From the NCBI GenBank assembly GCA_012719655.1, contig JAAXZZ010000060.1, positions 1 to 53,307 of the forward strand: DNA of 53,307 nucleotides, given 5' to 3'. The stretch comes from Gammaproteobacteria bacterium (GTDB lineage: Bacteria; Pseudomonadota; Gammaproteobacteria; Pseudomonadales; Pseudomonadaceae). This document shows positions 20,387 through 29,813 of this stretch, piece by piece; position 1 is the first letter of the stretch; every line of letters begins with the position of its first letter. The notes beneath the pieces are model-generated. The model worked only from the letters and a program-made list of their open reading frames with translations, did no database searches and was not told where the DNA came from. The position numbers were made by a program, and so were the translations under genes.

Positions 20387-22746
20387 AGAACACGCTCGGT
20401 TACGCACTCATTTGCTTAAGCATCAGCACTGCGTTCGCCGCCCAAGATGCAGATGAATACTACCAGCTACCACTGGAGCAGCTGCTGCAGGTAACAACAC
20501 AAGCGAAGGCGCAAGTTGGCTCGCTGGGTGACAAGCGTAACGCTCTGAATGCCGAAGTGCCAATTGATGTCATTAGCGCTGCCGAACTAGAATCCAGCGG
20601 CCATACCAGCTTGATATCGGCACTGGCGGCTCTAGTGCCAGGCTTTAATGCGCCCTCTCCTAGCATTGCCGACGGCACTGACCACGCGCCACCCTTCACG
20701 CTGCGCGGCTTAAACCCAGATCAAGTGCTGGTACTGGTCAATGGCAAGCGCCTGCATCAGAGTTCGCTGTTACATAATAATGGCACCGTAGGTCGCGGCA
20801 GCTCCAGCGTCGACCTGAACATCATTCCTTTAGATGCAGTCAGTCGTGTAGAAATTTTGCGCGAAAGCGCATCAGCTCAATATGGCTCCGATGCCATTGC
20901 TGGGACCATCAACATTATCCTTAAAGGCTATGGCCAATCTAGCCAAGCCCGTATGCACTACGGAAAAACCAGCAAAGGCGATGGTGAGCATAAGCAAGCC
21001 AGCATCTTCCATAGCGTGCCACTGAGCGGTGACGGTTTTATTAATTTGACTGGGGCATGGCGCGACCGCGGCCGTAGCAATCGTGCGGTTGCAGATACGG
21101 AGGACCGCGGCCGGATCAATACACGCTTTGGTGATGCAGACACCCAGGATGGCTCGTTCTTGCTAAATGCCGAACTACTGCAAGGTGATACCACTCTTTA
21201 CTCACACGCGTTGTATAACCGCAGAGACAGCAGTGCAGGTGCTTTCTTTCGACGCGCCAATAGTGAGCAAAATATTCCCGAGCTGTACCCTGATGGCTTC
21301 CTGCCAAAAATCGCCCCAAAAATAACCGATTATTCTTTTACCGGCGGCGCTAAAGGCATCCTCAGTGATGACACGCACTGGGACCTGAGTTACACCCACG
21401 GCCATAATGACTTCCACTTTTACCTAAAAAACTCGCTCAATGCTTCACTGGGACGCACCAGCCCGACTTCGTTTGATGCAGGATCCACTGACTACACTCA
21501 ACAGATATTGAATCTGGCCTTGAACAAAAAAATCGGTTTACACACTCTGTCATACGGCTACGAATGGCGCGAGGAGCACTATCGCATTAACGCTGGTGAT
21601 AGCGCTTCTTACGTACAAGGCCCGTACACTGGTGCCGGTGGTTCTCAAGGTTTTCCAGGTTTTGGTCTAGCCAACGAGGTATCGCAGCGACGCCAAACCC
21701 ACTCCATTTATGGCGATTTAAACTACCGGCTCAGCCAACGCTGGACCTTAGATACAGCCACACGCTTGGATCATTCCAGTGACTTTGGTAGCACGTTTAG
21801 CGGCAAGCTGGCTTTACGCTTTCGCCCAACCGACACCTTGCTACTACGCACCAGCCTTAATACTGGCTTTCGTGCACCCTCCTTAACGCAAAGTCATTTT
21901 TCCTATACAGGCTCCTACCGCAACAGTGCCGATCCTGCTCCAACCCTCTGGGGCAACTTTGCAGTGGATCATCCCGTCAGCAGAGCGCTGGGGGCAAAAG
22001 ATCTGAAAGTAGAAAAATCGACCCATTTTGCTATGGGCCTCGTCTTTGAGCCTGCAGCGAACCTTACTGCAAGCGTGGACGGTTTTATCACCGACATCAA
22101 GGACCGCATCATGCCAACGGCCTATATTTCAGCCGACAGTGTGCCGACAGCCGAATCGACTCTGAAACAATACGATATCGATGGCGCAGTTTATTTTACC
22201 AACGCGATCAAAACCCGCACCCATGGCGTAGACTTGCGTCTTGACTACAGCCATGAATTGAAGCAAAGCGCAACACTGAAGTTTCGCAGTGGTTACCAAT
22301 ACAGTAAAACCCGCATCCAAAGCGTCAACCAGCCATCTGCAGTGCTGGGTAATAATGCTGAAAACGTGGTGCTGGATTCTTTTAGCCGAGTTCTAGTGGA
22401 ACAAGGGCAACCAGCCCATCGTTTCAATCTTCGCAGCACCTACTCAACTCGATCTTATGACTTGATGTTTAATCTGAATCGTTTTGGCGCCTATGCCAGC
22501 ACCTTGGATCATTACAAAGTTGGTTTTGCTGCCAAGTGGACGCTGGATGCGGAACTGGCATATCACTTTGATCAGTCACTGACGGTGGCATTAGGTGGGG
22601 TAAATTTATTTGACACTGAACCTGACACATGGGAAGACTCAGGATACCCGAGGGATCCTGCCGACAAAGTCGTTCCTTACTCCCAGTATTCACCACTCAA
22701 CTTTAATGGTCGCTATATCTATATGCGTGCACATTATAAATTTTAA
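20383..22746 (+). CDS. TonB-dependent outer membrane receptor
   Basis: Signal peptide, plug LRGLNPDQVLVLVNGKR and VEILRESASAQYGSDAIAGTINIILK, FRAPSL, NLFD, C-terminal YKF. Confidence 0.93.
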   Translation: MKNTLGYALICLSISTAFAAQDADEYYQLPLEQLLQVTTQAKAQVGSLGDKRNALNAEVPIDVISAAELESSGHTSLISALAALVPGFNAPSPSIADGTDHAPPFTLRGLNPDQVLVLVNGKRLHQSSLLHNNGTVGRGSSSVDLNIIPLDAVSRVEILRESASAQYGSDAIAGTINIILKGYGQSSQARMHYGKTSKGDGEHKQASIFHSVPLSGDGFINLTGAWRDRGRSNRAVADTEDRGRINTRFGDADTQDGSFLLNAELLQGDTTLYSHALYNRRDSSAGAFFRRANSEQNIPELYPDGFLPKIAPKITDYSFTGGAKGILSDDTHWDLSYTHGHNDFHFYLKNSLNASLGRTSPTSFDAGSTDYTQQILNLALNKKIGLHTLSYGYEWREEHYRINAGDSASYVQGPYTGAGGSQGFPGFGLANEVSQRRQTHSIYGDLNYRLSQRWTLDTATRLDHSSDFGSTFSGKLALRFRPTDTLLLRTSLNTGFRAPSLTQSHFSYTGSYRNSADPAPTLWGNFAVDHPVSRALGAKDLKVEKSTHFAMGLVFEPAANLTASVDGFITDIKDRIMPTAYISADSVPTAESTLKQYDIDGAVYFTNAIKTRTHGVDLRLDYSHELKQSATLKFRSGYQYSKTRIQSVNQPSAVLGNNAENVVLDSFSRVLVEQGQPAHRFNLRSTYSTRSYDLMFNLNRFGAYASTLDHYKVGFAAKWTLDAELAYHFDQSLTVALGGVNLFDTEPDTWEDSGYPRDPADKVVPYSQYSPLNFNGRYIYMRAHYKF

Positions 22747-23003
22747 GAGTATTACTTGGATCTGTACTGCATAGGGTCTTTGTGCTGAAGCCATTAAGGT
22801 TGTGTGAGTTGAGAAATACGCAACCCTAGGTATTCAGCTCGCAAAGGCTGTAAGTTATTGTTATCGCTCTTCAATCCAGCAGCTCAATGCCTAAACTCTC
22901 GAGCAAATACACTGCCTCAAACTTAGAAAACTTAGCGCCTTGTAGTTGATTTTCTATCGTGCTCAAGACAACCTCTATTCGATCTCTGCATCGAATGCGT
23001 TGA

Positions 23004-23711
23004 TTAAAAGGGTAAAACGCTGCCATCCCAATGCAATAGCGCACCACTGACTTCAGGCCTTAAACCATCACGCACCTGGAGCAAACGCTGAGCCGTTTGT
23101 GCGGCTGTTTGTAGCTGTCCTGGGGCAAGATTGCTTTGGAAAGGCTCCGATAACGGTGTATCAGTAGTACCTGGATGCACGGTGACAATGCAGGCACTTG
23201 GATTAAGCCTGCTCACTTCTAAACTGAAATTCTTGACCAGCATATTCAACGCCGCTTTGCTCATACGGTAGCTGTACCAACCACCCAGCCGATTATCACT
23301 TATACTGCCAACTTTAGCGCTGAGCACTAACACCCTAACCTCAGCCCTGCGGCTCAGATAGCGAAATAGCGCGCGTAAATACTGCGCTGGGATAACCACA
23401 TTGCTGTGCATGCGCTGCAGCAACTGCTCGCTACTGAGCTGACGAATGGTTTTCTCAGGCATCCCGGAGCTGTCATGCAACACACCATTACAGATAAATA
23501 CTGTATCGGGCTGTTGTTGTAGGGCTTGCTCAACGCTGTGCTGGCAACTGTCTTCGCTCTGCAAAGCATCGTGCTGCCAAAGGTAGGGACTACACTGAGG
23601 CGCTGGCTGGCGACTAATGATGCTCACCTGCGCACCTTGCTGATGGCACTGTGCAGCAATGGCCTGTGCGATCTGGCTGCTGCCGCCAATAATCAAAACA
23701 GATTTAAGCAT
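23004..23711 (-). CDS. Short-chain dehydrogenase/reductase, CsgA/C-factor-like
   Basis: IIGGSSQIA, SAKVGSISDNRLGGWYSYRMSKAALN (YxxxK), HPGTTDT. Confidence 0.88.
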   Translation of the reverse strand: MLKSVLIIGGSSQIAQAIAAQCHQQGAQVSIISRQPAPQCSPYLWQHDALQSEDSCQHSVEQALQQQPDTVFICNGVLHDSSGMPEKTIRQLSSEQLLQRMHSNVVIPAQYLRALFRYLSRRAEVRVLVLSAKVGSISDNRLGGWYSYRMSKAALNMLVKNFSLEVSRLNPSACIVTVHPGTTDTPLSEPFQSNLAPGQLQTAAQTAQRLLQVRDGLRPEVSGALLHWDGSVLPF

Positions 23712-23822
23712 GGTGTCACCTTACATTGAGCAGTTTCGCCTGCGCAATTAAGCCTGTGACTATTGAGCCTGAGGCAACCTAATTTGCTTCGCTTAACGAT
23801 CAATATAGATTGTCCAGATGAT

Positions 23823-23851
23823 AAAAAAGGCGACTGTCTAAAGTCGCCTTT
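23823..23851 (-). terminator. Intrinsic terminator after rpoH
   Basis: aaaggcgact/agtcgccttt stem with a T tract on the minus strand. Confidence 0.75.
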
Positions 23852-23876
23852 GCAAGGATACACGAGCTGTCAAAAC

Positions 23877-24737
23877 TTAAGCAGCAATACTGCCTTTAAG
23901 CTTATTCATCGCGTTTTTCTCAAGCTGACGAATCCGCTCTGCCGATACGCCATATTGTGCTGCAAGGTCATGCAGAGTGACTTTTTCATCCGACAACCAA
24001 CGCTGTTGCAGAATATCGCGGCTGCGCTCATCGAGCTGACTCAGCGCCTCATGCAGACTCGCACTGCTGTTTTCTGTTTGGTCAGAAGCTTCCAACTGTA
24101 AAGCTGGGTCATAGCTATGGTCTTCAAGATAATTTGCCGGTGACTGATATGCGCTTTCATCGTCATCATTATCCGAGGGATCAAACGACATATCATGGCC
24201 GGTTAAGCGGCTTTCCATTTCACGTACTTCACGAGCCTCTACACCTAATGATTCAGCAACAGCATTAACTTCATCATTGGTCAGCCAAGCTAAACGTTTC
24301 TTCTGGCTACGCAAATTAAAGAATAGCTTACGCTGAGCTTTGGTGGTTGCAACCTTAACGATGCGCCAGTTGCGCAGCACATATTCATGAATTTCAGCTT
24401 TAATCCAATGCACAGCAAAAGAGACTAAACGCACACCCATTTCTGGATTAAAGCGCTTTACCGCTTTCATCAAGCCCACGTTCCCTTCTTGAATCAGGTC
24501 ACCTTGAGGCAAGCCATAACCTGAGTAACTGCGCGCGATATGCACCACAAAACGTAAGTGGGCCATGACCAATTGGCGTGCAGCATCTAAATCTTGGTGG
24601 TAATACAACCGCTCACCCAAATCACGCTCTTGCTCTGCCGAAAGCAGTGGAATCGAGTTAACTGACTGCACATAAGACTGCAGGTTTGCACCTGGACTTA
24701 ACATATGCACTGTTTGTAATGCGGTCGTGGTGGTCAT
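23877..24737 (-). CDS. rpoH: RNA polymerase sigma-32
   Basis: RpoH box [33 protein letters not shown]; downstream of ftsX. Confidence 0.97.
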   Translation of the reverse strand: MTTTTALQTVHMLSPGANLQSYVQSVNSIPLLSAEQERDLGERLYYHQDLDAARQLVMAHLRFVVHIARSYSGYGLPQGDLIQEGNVGLMKAVKRFNPEMGVRLVSFAVHWIKAEIHEYVLRNWRIVKVATTKAQRKLFFNLRSQKKRLAWLTNDEVNAVAESLGVEAREVREMESRLTGHDMSFDPSDNDDDESAYQSPANYLEDHSYDPALQLEASDQTENSSASLHEALSQLDERSRDILQQRWLSDEKVTLHDLAAQYGVSAERIRQLEKNAMNKLKGSIAA

Positions 24738-24864
24738 TAATATCCTCCAACGGGTAACAACTTCTATAAAATACTATTGATTTTAAGACGCTACTTTAAC
24801 CATAAAGTTCCCCTTTCTGGGGCTTTAAAATATGCTGAAACACTTATTCTATAAGGCTTCGCAA

Positions 24865-25881
24865 CTAACGCGGTGATAACTCCCGCAGGTGCCGTGCGAC
24901 AGCTAACCAAGCACCAATGTAGCCTAGCAATACTGCACCAAGTAGCAAAGAAAAGCCATCCTCGATCGGCACACCGGACAACGCGAACTCACTGCCATAC
25001 AGCTGTGCCAGTTGCACCACTGAGTCATTCAACCAAGCAAGGCCAAAAGCCAGCAGCAACCAAGCCAATATGCCACCGACTAAACCATAGAGTACGCCCA
25101 TATATAAAAATGGGCGGCGTACATAACCATCGGTACCACCAACCAGCTTAATCACTTCAATTTCAACGCGACGATTTTCAATATGCAGACGAATGGTGTT
25201 ACCCACGACCAGCAATAACGCCGCAATCAGTAGCACCGATAAGGCAAAGATAAAATGCTCGCCCATGTGTAAAATCGCCGCGAGGCGCTCAATCCAGAGC
25301 AGATCAAGCTGAGCTTGCTGCACCTTAGGCAGGTTTTTTAGCTCATCCAATAAAGCCACCAAGGTGTCTTTATCAACCACTTCTGGAGTAACTAAAATAC
25401 TGCCCGGCAAAGGATTATCAGGCAGCTCGCGTAACGCTTCGCCTAAGCCAGACTGCTCTTGAAACTCCGCCAACGCTTGCTCGCGGCTGATCCATTGCGC
25501 CTCAGCTACGTGCTCATGTTCAGCTATTTTGTCGCGCAGCAACTCACCATAGGTATCACCGGCATCTAACTCTAGAAACAGCGAGATTTGCGCCGCGCGC
25601 TGCCAGGAACCACCAAGCTGACTGACATTCTCTAACAAGAGTGCTAAGCCCATCGGCAAACTTAACGCCACCGCCATCACTAAGCAGGTAAAGAAACTGC
25701 CAAGCGGTTGACGGACCAAACGAGCGACACTGTCGCTGCAACTGGCACGGTGGTTTTCCAGCCAAGCCCGAAACTGATTACGAAAGCCGCGGGTATCCGA
25801 CAAAGAAGCGTCAACTTGGTTTTTGCTAGTGGCGCCAACGCGCTCACCGGGCTGATCTGGGGTTACACGGGCAGAACACAT
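24865..25881 (-). CDS. ftsX: Cell division permease FtsX
   Basis: NPLP, VVGNTIRL, EIEVIKLVGGT...RRPFLY; operon position. Confidence 0.95.
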   Translation of the reverse strand: MCSARVTPDQPGERVGATSKNQVDASLSDTRGFRNQFRAWLENHRASCSDSVARLVRQPLGSFFTCLVMAVALSLPMGLALLLENVSQLGGSWQRAAQISLFLELDAGDTYGELLRDKIAEHEHVAEAQWISREQALAEFQEQSGLGEALRELPDNPLPGSILVTPEVVDKDTLVALLDELKNLPKVQQAQLDLLWIERLAAILHMGEHFIFALSVLLIAALLLVVGNTIRLHIENRRVEIEVIKLVGGTDGYVRRPFLYMGVLYGLVGGILAWLLLAFGLAWLNDSVVQLAQLYGSEFALSGVPIEDGFSLLLGAVLLGYIGAWLAVARHLRELSPR

Positions 25882-26549
25882 TAGACAGCCTCTCCATCGC
25901 CAATCAAACGACCACGCTGCAAGGTCAGCATACGCTGACGCATGCGTGCAATTAATGCCAAGTCATGGCTGGCAATCAGCACCGTGGTGCCGAGTTGATT
26001 AATGTCTTCAAACACTGACATGATTTCTGCGGCAAGACGCGGATCAAGGTTGCCGGTAGGCTCATCGGCGAGCAACAGCGCTGGCTGATGGACAATTGCC
26101 CGAGCAATCCCCACACGTTGTTGCTGGCCAGTGGATAAGTCCGCGGGCGCTTGCAAGGCTTTATCTTTTAAGCTAACCCGCTCCAGCGCTAAGCTAACAC
26201 GTAAGTTAATTTCGTCTTGCGGCAAACCTAAAATCTGCAGCGGCAAGGCCACATTGGCAAACACACTGCGATCAAACAACAACTGGTGATTTTGAAAAAC
26301 CACGCCGATTTGGCGGCGCAAAAATGGAATCTGAGCATTGGTGATTTTGGCCAGATCTTGTCCAGCCAAGAGTAATTTACCAGCCGAGGGGCGCTCCATT
26401 GCCAGCAATAAACGCAGCATGGTGCTTTTGCCCGCACCTGAATGGCCGGTGACAAATAAAAACTCACCGCGGCGCACGCGAAAACTCAACTCATGTAAAC
26501 CTACGTGCCCATTAGGATAACGTTTTGCGACCTGCTCAAATCGAATCAT
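25881..26549 (-). CDS. ftsE: Cell division ATPase FtsE
   Basis: GHSGAGKS, LSTGQQQRV, LLADEPTGNLD. Confidence 0.96.
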   Translation of the reverse strand: MIRFEQVAKRYPNGHVGLHELSFRVRRGEFLFVTGHSGAGKSTMLRLLLAMERPSAGKLLLAGQDLAKITNAQIPFLRRQIGVVFQNHQLLFDRSVFANVALPLQILGLPQDEINLRVSLALERVSLKDKALQAPADLSTGQQQRVGIARAIVHQPALLLADEPTGNLDPRLAAEIMSVFEDINQLGTTVLIASHDLALIARMRQRMLTLQRGRLIGDGEAV

Positions 26550-28327
26550 GCAGAATCCTTCTCGGCAAATAACGCTTTCACAAAATCATCGGCAACAAAA
26601 TCACGTAAATCATCGATGCCTTCACCCACACCAATATAGCGCACGGGAATATTAAAATGCTTAGCCAAAGCAAAAATAACCCCACCCTTAGCCGTTCCAT
26701 CGAGTTTGGTCAGCGCAAGGCCAGTCAATGGAATAGTTTCATTAAACTGGCGGGCTTGATTGATCGCATTTTGTCCCGTACCCGCATCCAATACCAATAG
26801 CACTTCATGCGGCGCACTGTCATCCAACTTGCTCATTACGCGCCCAACTTTGCGCAACTCTTCCATCAAATTGTCTTTTGTGTGCAAACGTCCTGCGGTA
26901 TCAGCAATGAGCACATCCATGCCACGCGATTTAGCCGCTTGCAGCGCATCAAAAATCACTGAAGCGGAATCGGCACCGGTGTGCTGGGCAATTACTGGGA
27001 TTTTATTGCGCTCACCCCAGACTTGCAGTTGTTCAACTGCAGCAGCACGGAAGGTATCACCGGCGGCCAACATGACTTTTTTACCGTCTTTTTGCAGACG
27101 CGCGGCTAACTTACCAATGGTGGTGGTTTTACCCGCACCATTAACACCCACCACGAGAATGACATAAGGTTTTTTCTCAGGTGTGATCTGCATTGGCTGC
27201 TCAATGGGCCGTAATAAATCTGCCATTTCCACTTGCAGCGCTTGGTACAAAGCACCACTGTCAGCCAGCTCTTTACGTGCGACTCGGCGTGTTAAATTGG
27301 CCATAATCGCCGTGGTGGCTTCCATACCAACGTCAGCGGTCAATAAGCGCGTTTCTAACTCATCGAGCAAGTCATCATCAATTTCTTTTTTACCCAGAAA
27401 CAGGCTGGCCATGCCTTCGCCAAGACTGGAGCTGGTTTTGGCTAAGCCTTGCTTTAAACGTGCGAACCAACTGGCTTTATTATCTTGCGGCTTGTCCTGA
27501 CCACTAAGGTTAGCATCCAGTTTCGCTGCGCCAGCATCGCTCGTTATTTGCGCTGCTGGCTCTGGTATAACGAGCGGTGCTACGGGCGCTGGCGGCGCAA
27601 CAACTTCACTGCCACCACTGATACGAAAGCGTGAATAGGCTGGACGAGCAGCTTCTGTGGCTGTGCCGGTTGTATCCAAGTTCTGAGCTGGAACAGCCTC
27701 GGCAGCAGGCGCCGCGGTTAATTCGGGCGTTTGCCTAATATTTGATTGCAGCGGCTCAGCAATAGACTCGCTGTGCAACTCAGATGAGGCAGGTATTGAC
27801 CCAGCCACAAGCACCGGTGCAGGCTCAGTAGCGACCTGAGCATCCGCTTGAGTGTGCGCAAAGGAGGCCGTCGTTGTGGCTAAAGCGGACTCAGCCGTTA
27901 CCCTTTGCTGAGGCTCAGAATCCGCAGCGGAACTCACTGTATCCGCTGCACTAGACGATTCTACTGGCCGTCCTGCCTCAGAGCTAACAAGCGCCGAGTT
28001 GGTCGGCTGACCCGCTGCAGCGGCCTGTTCTATTACAGCAGGCTCGGGCTTGACGCTGCTACTAACAGGCTCTGCTTGCGGCTGAACACTTGTAGATACT
28101 GACTCAGCTGTCTGCACGTGTTGAGAACTGTCCGCCGTCGCTACGCTAGGCTCAGCATCCCGAGACGCTGGCGTTTGCGGCTCAGCAGTCTTTTTGCTAA
28201 ACCAAGAAAATAAGCCTTTTTTTACAGGCTTAGCTGCGGATGCACTGACTGCTTGCTCAACAGTCTCTGGAGTATCAGCGCGAGGCGCTGGCTGTGGTGT
28301 TTTTTTGTCGTCGCCGGAACCAAACAT
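26546..28327 (-). CDS. ftsY: SRP receptor FtsY
   Basis: GVNGAGKTTT, DTFRAAA, DTAGR, TKLDGTAKGG; long low-complexity N-terminus. Confidence 0.96.
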   Translation of the reverse strand: MFGSGDDKKTPQPAPRADTPETVEQAVSASAAKPVKKGLFSWFSKKTAEPQTPASRDAEPSVATADSSQHVQTAESVSTSVQPQAEPVSSSVKPEPAVIEQAAAAGQPTNSALVSSEAGRPVESSSAADTVSSAADSEPQQRVTAESALATTTASFAHTQADAQVATEPAPVLVAGSIPASSELHSESIAEPLQSNIRQTPELTAAPAAEAVPAQNLDTTGTATEAARPAYSRFRISGGSEVVAPPAPVAPLVIPEPAAQITSDAGAAKLDANLSGQDKPQDNKASWFARLKQGLAKTSSSLGEGMASLFLGKKEIDDDLLDELETRLLTADVGMEATTAIMANLTRRVARKELADSGALYQALQVEMADLLRPIEQPMQITPEKKPYVILVVGVNGAGKTTTIGKLAARLQKDGKKVMLAAGDTFRAAAVEQLQVWGERNKIPVIAQHTGADSASVIFDALQAAKSRGMDVLIADTAGRLHTKDNLMEELRKVGRVMSKLDDSAPHEVLLVLDAGTGQNAINQARQFNETIPLTGLALTKLDGTAKGGVIFALAKHFNIPVRYIGVGEGIDDLRDFVADDFVKALFAEKDSA

Positions 28328-28472
28328 AGAAAAAGGCTATCTCAGCAGGTCACACAAACTGTGTTATATCAATAAGTACACACAGTTGTGGTTGTTAATA
28401 AAATGGTTGCGTATCCTAGCACCTCTAAGCCTCTGTAGCTAAACTCAGAGCGCAGTTTGAAAGGTCCAAAGC

Positions 28473-29813
28473 ATGAAAAAATACTTAAGTTACATCCTAC
28501 TCTTTTTTTCCAGTACCTTTATAGCGCCACTTATGGCGCAAACCACTACAACCGAGTTCAGTTTGGACAACGGTTTGAAGGTGATCGTTCGCGAAGATCA
28601 CCGTGCGCCAGTGGTGGTCAGTCAGCTTTGGTACAAAGTCGGCTCCAGCTACGAAAAGCCTGGCAGCACAGGTTTAGCCCACGCCCTCGAACACATGATG
28701 TTTAAAGGCAGCAGCAAACTCGGCCCAGGCGAGTCTTCACGAATTCTACGTGAGCTGGGTGCAGAGGAAAATGCTTTCACTAGCGATGATTATACTGCGT
28801 ATTATCAAGTACTGGCGCGCGATCGTTTAGCCGTAGCCCTAGAAATGGAAGCCGACCGCTTAGCCAGCCTGACCTTGCCAGAAGATGAATTCTTACGAGA
28901 AATTGAGGTGATCAAAGAAGAGCGGCGCATGCGCACTGATGATCGCCCTAATAGCTTAGCCTATGAGCGCTTCAAAGCACTGGCTTACCCTGCTAGCAGT
29001 TATCACATTCCAACCATCGGTTGGATGCATGACCTTGAGCGCATGACCATCGCCGATTTACGCGACTGGCATGAACGCTGGTATGCACCCAACAATGCAA
29101 CCTTAGTGATTGTCGGCGATGTACAGCCTGACGAAGTTAAAACACTGGTTAACCGTTACTTTGCCCACATCCCTGCTCGCCCTATTCCAGCGGTCAAACA
29201 ACCACTGGAACTGGCTGAACCAGGTCAGCGCCGCTTAACCTTATATTTAAAAACTCAATTACCCAGTTTAATGATGGGCTTTAATGTGCCCAGCCTTTCT
29301 AGCACTGACCAGCCCACGCAGGTGCATGCCTTACGCTTAATCGGCGCACTTTTAGATGGTGGCAGCAGCTCTCGCTTACCTGCACAACTGGTGCGCAAAC
29401 AAGAATTGGTTGCCGGTGCTTCCGCTTGGTACAACGCCTTCAGCCGTGGCGACAGTTTATTTGTTTTATCGGCCACACCCAATGTGCAAAAAGGTAAAAC
29501 GCTGGAGGATGTGGAAGCTGGTCTCTGGCAGCAACTTAAACAGCTACAAGACACGCCGCCTAGCGCTAGCGAACTGGCGCGCGTGCGTGCGCAAGTCGTT
29601 GCCGCTGAAGTCTATCAACGAGACTCAATCACCAGTCAAGCCACGCAAATTGGCATGCTAGAAACTGTTGGTCTGTCCTGGCGCATACAAGACACTGACT
29701 TAGCTGCGCTCGAAGCGGTGACCCCTGCGGACATTCAAGCCGCCGCTAAGCAGTTTTTCACCCAAAGCCGAGCAACGACTGTGTATGTCCATCCTGAGGA
29801 GGCGCGTCCATGA
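28473..29813 (+). CDS. M16 zinc peptidase, catalytic subunit
   Basis: HALEHMMFKG (HxxEH), NAFT, signal peptide. Confidence 0.92.
   Translation: MKKYLSYILLFFSSTFIAPLMAQTTTTEFSLDNGLKVIVREDHRAPVVVSQLWYKVGSSYEKPGSTGLAHALEHMMFKGSSKLGPGESSRILRELGAEENAFTSDDYTAYYQVLARDRLAVALEMEADRLASLTLPEDEFLREIEVIKEERRMRTDDRPNSLAYERFKALAYPASSYHIPTIGWMHDLERMTIADLRDWHERWYAPNNATLVIVGDVQPDEVKTLVNRYFAHIPARPIPAVKQPLELAEPGQRRLTLYLKTQLPSLMMGFNVPSLSSTDQPTQVHALRLIGALLDGGSSSRLPAQLVRKQELVAGASAWYNAFSRGDSLFVLSATPNVQKGKTLEDVEAGLWQQLKQLQDTPPSASELARVRAQVVAAEVYQRDSITSQATQIGMLETVGLSWRIQDTDLAALEAVTPADIQAAAKQFFTQSRATTVYVHPEEARP

Noticed and set aside
23004-23711. CsgA-like SDR as a displaced member of the light regulon
   Set aside because: The family association is only from memory and I found no matching TRTACA operator upstream.
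27480-28327. Long low-complexity N-terminus of FtsY
   Set aside because: Variable disordered N-terminal regions are normal for gammaproteobacterial FtsY.
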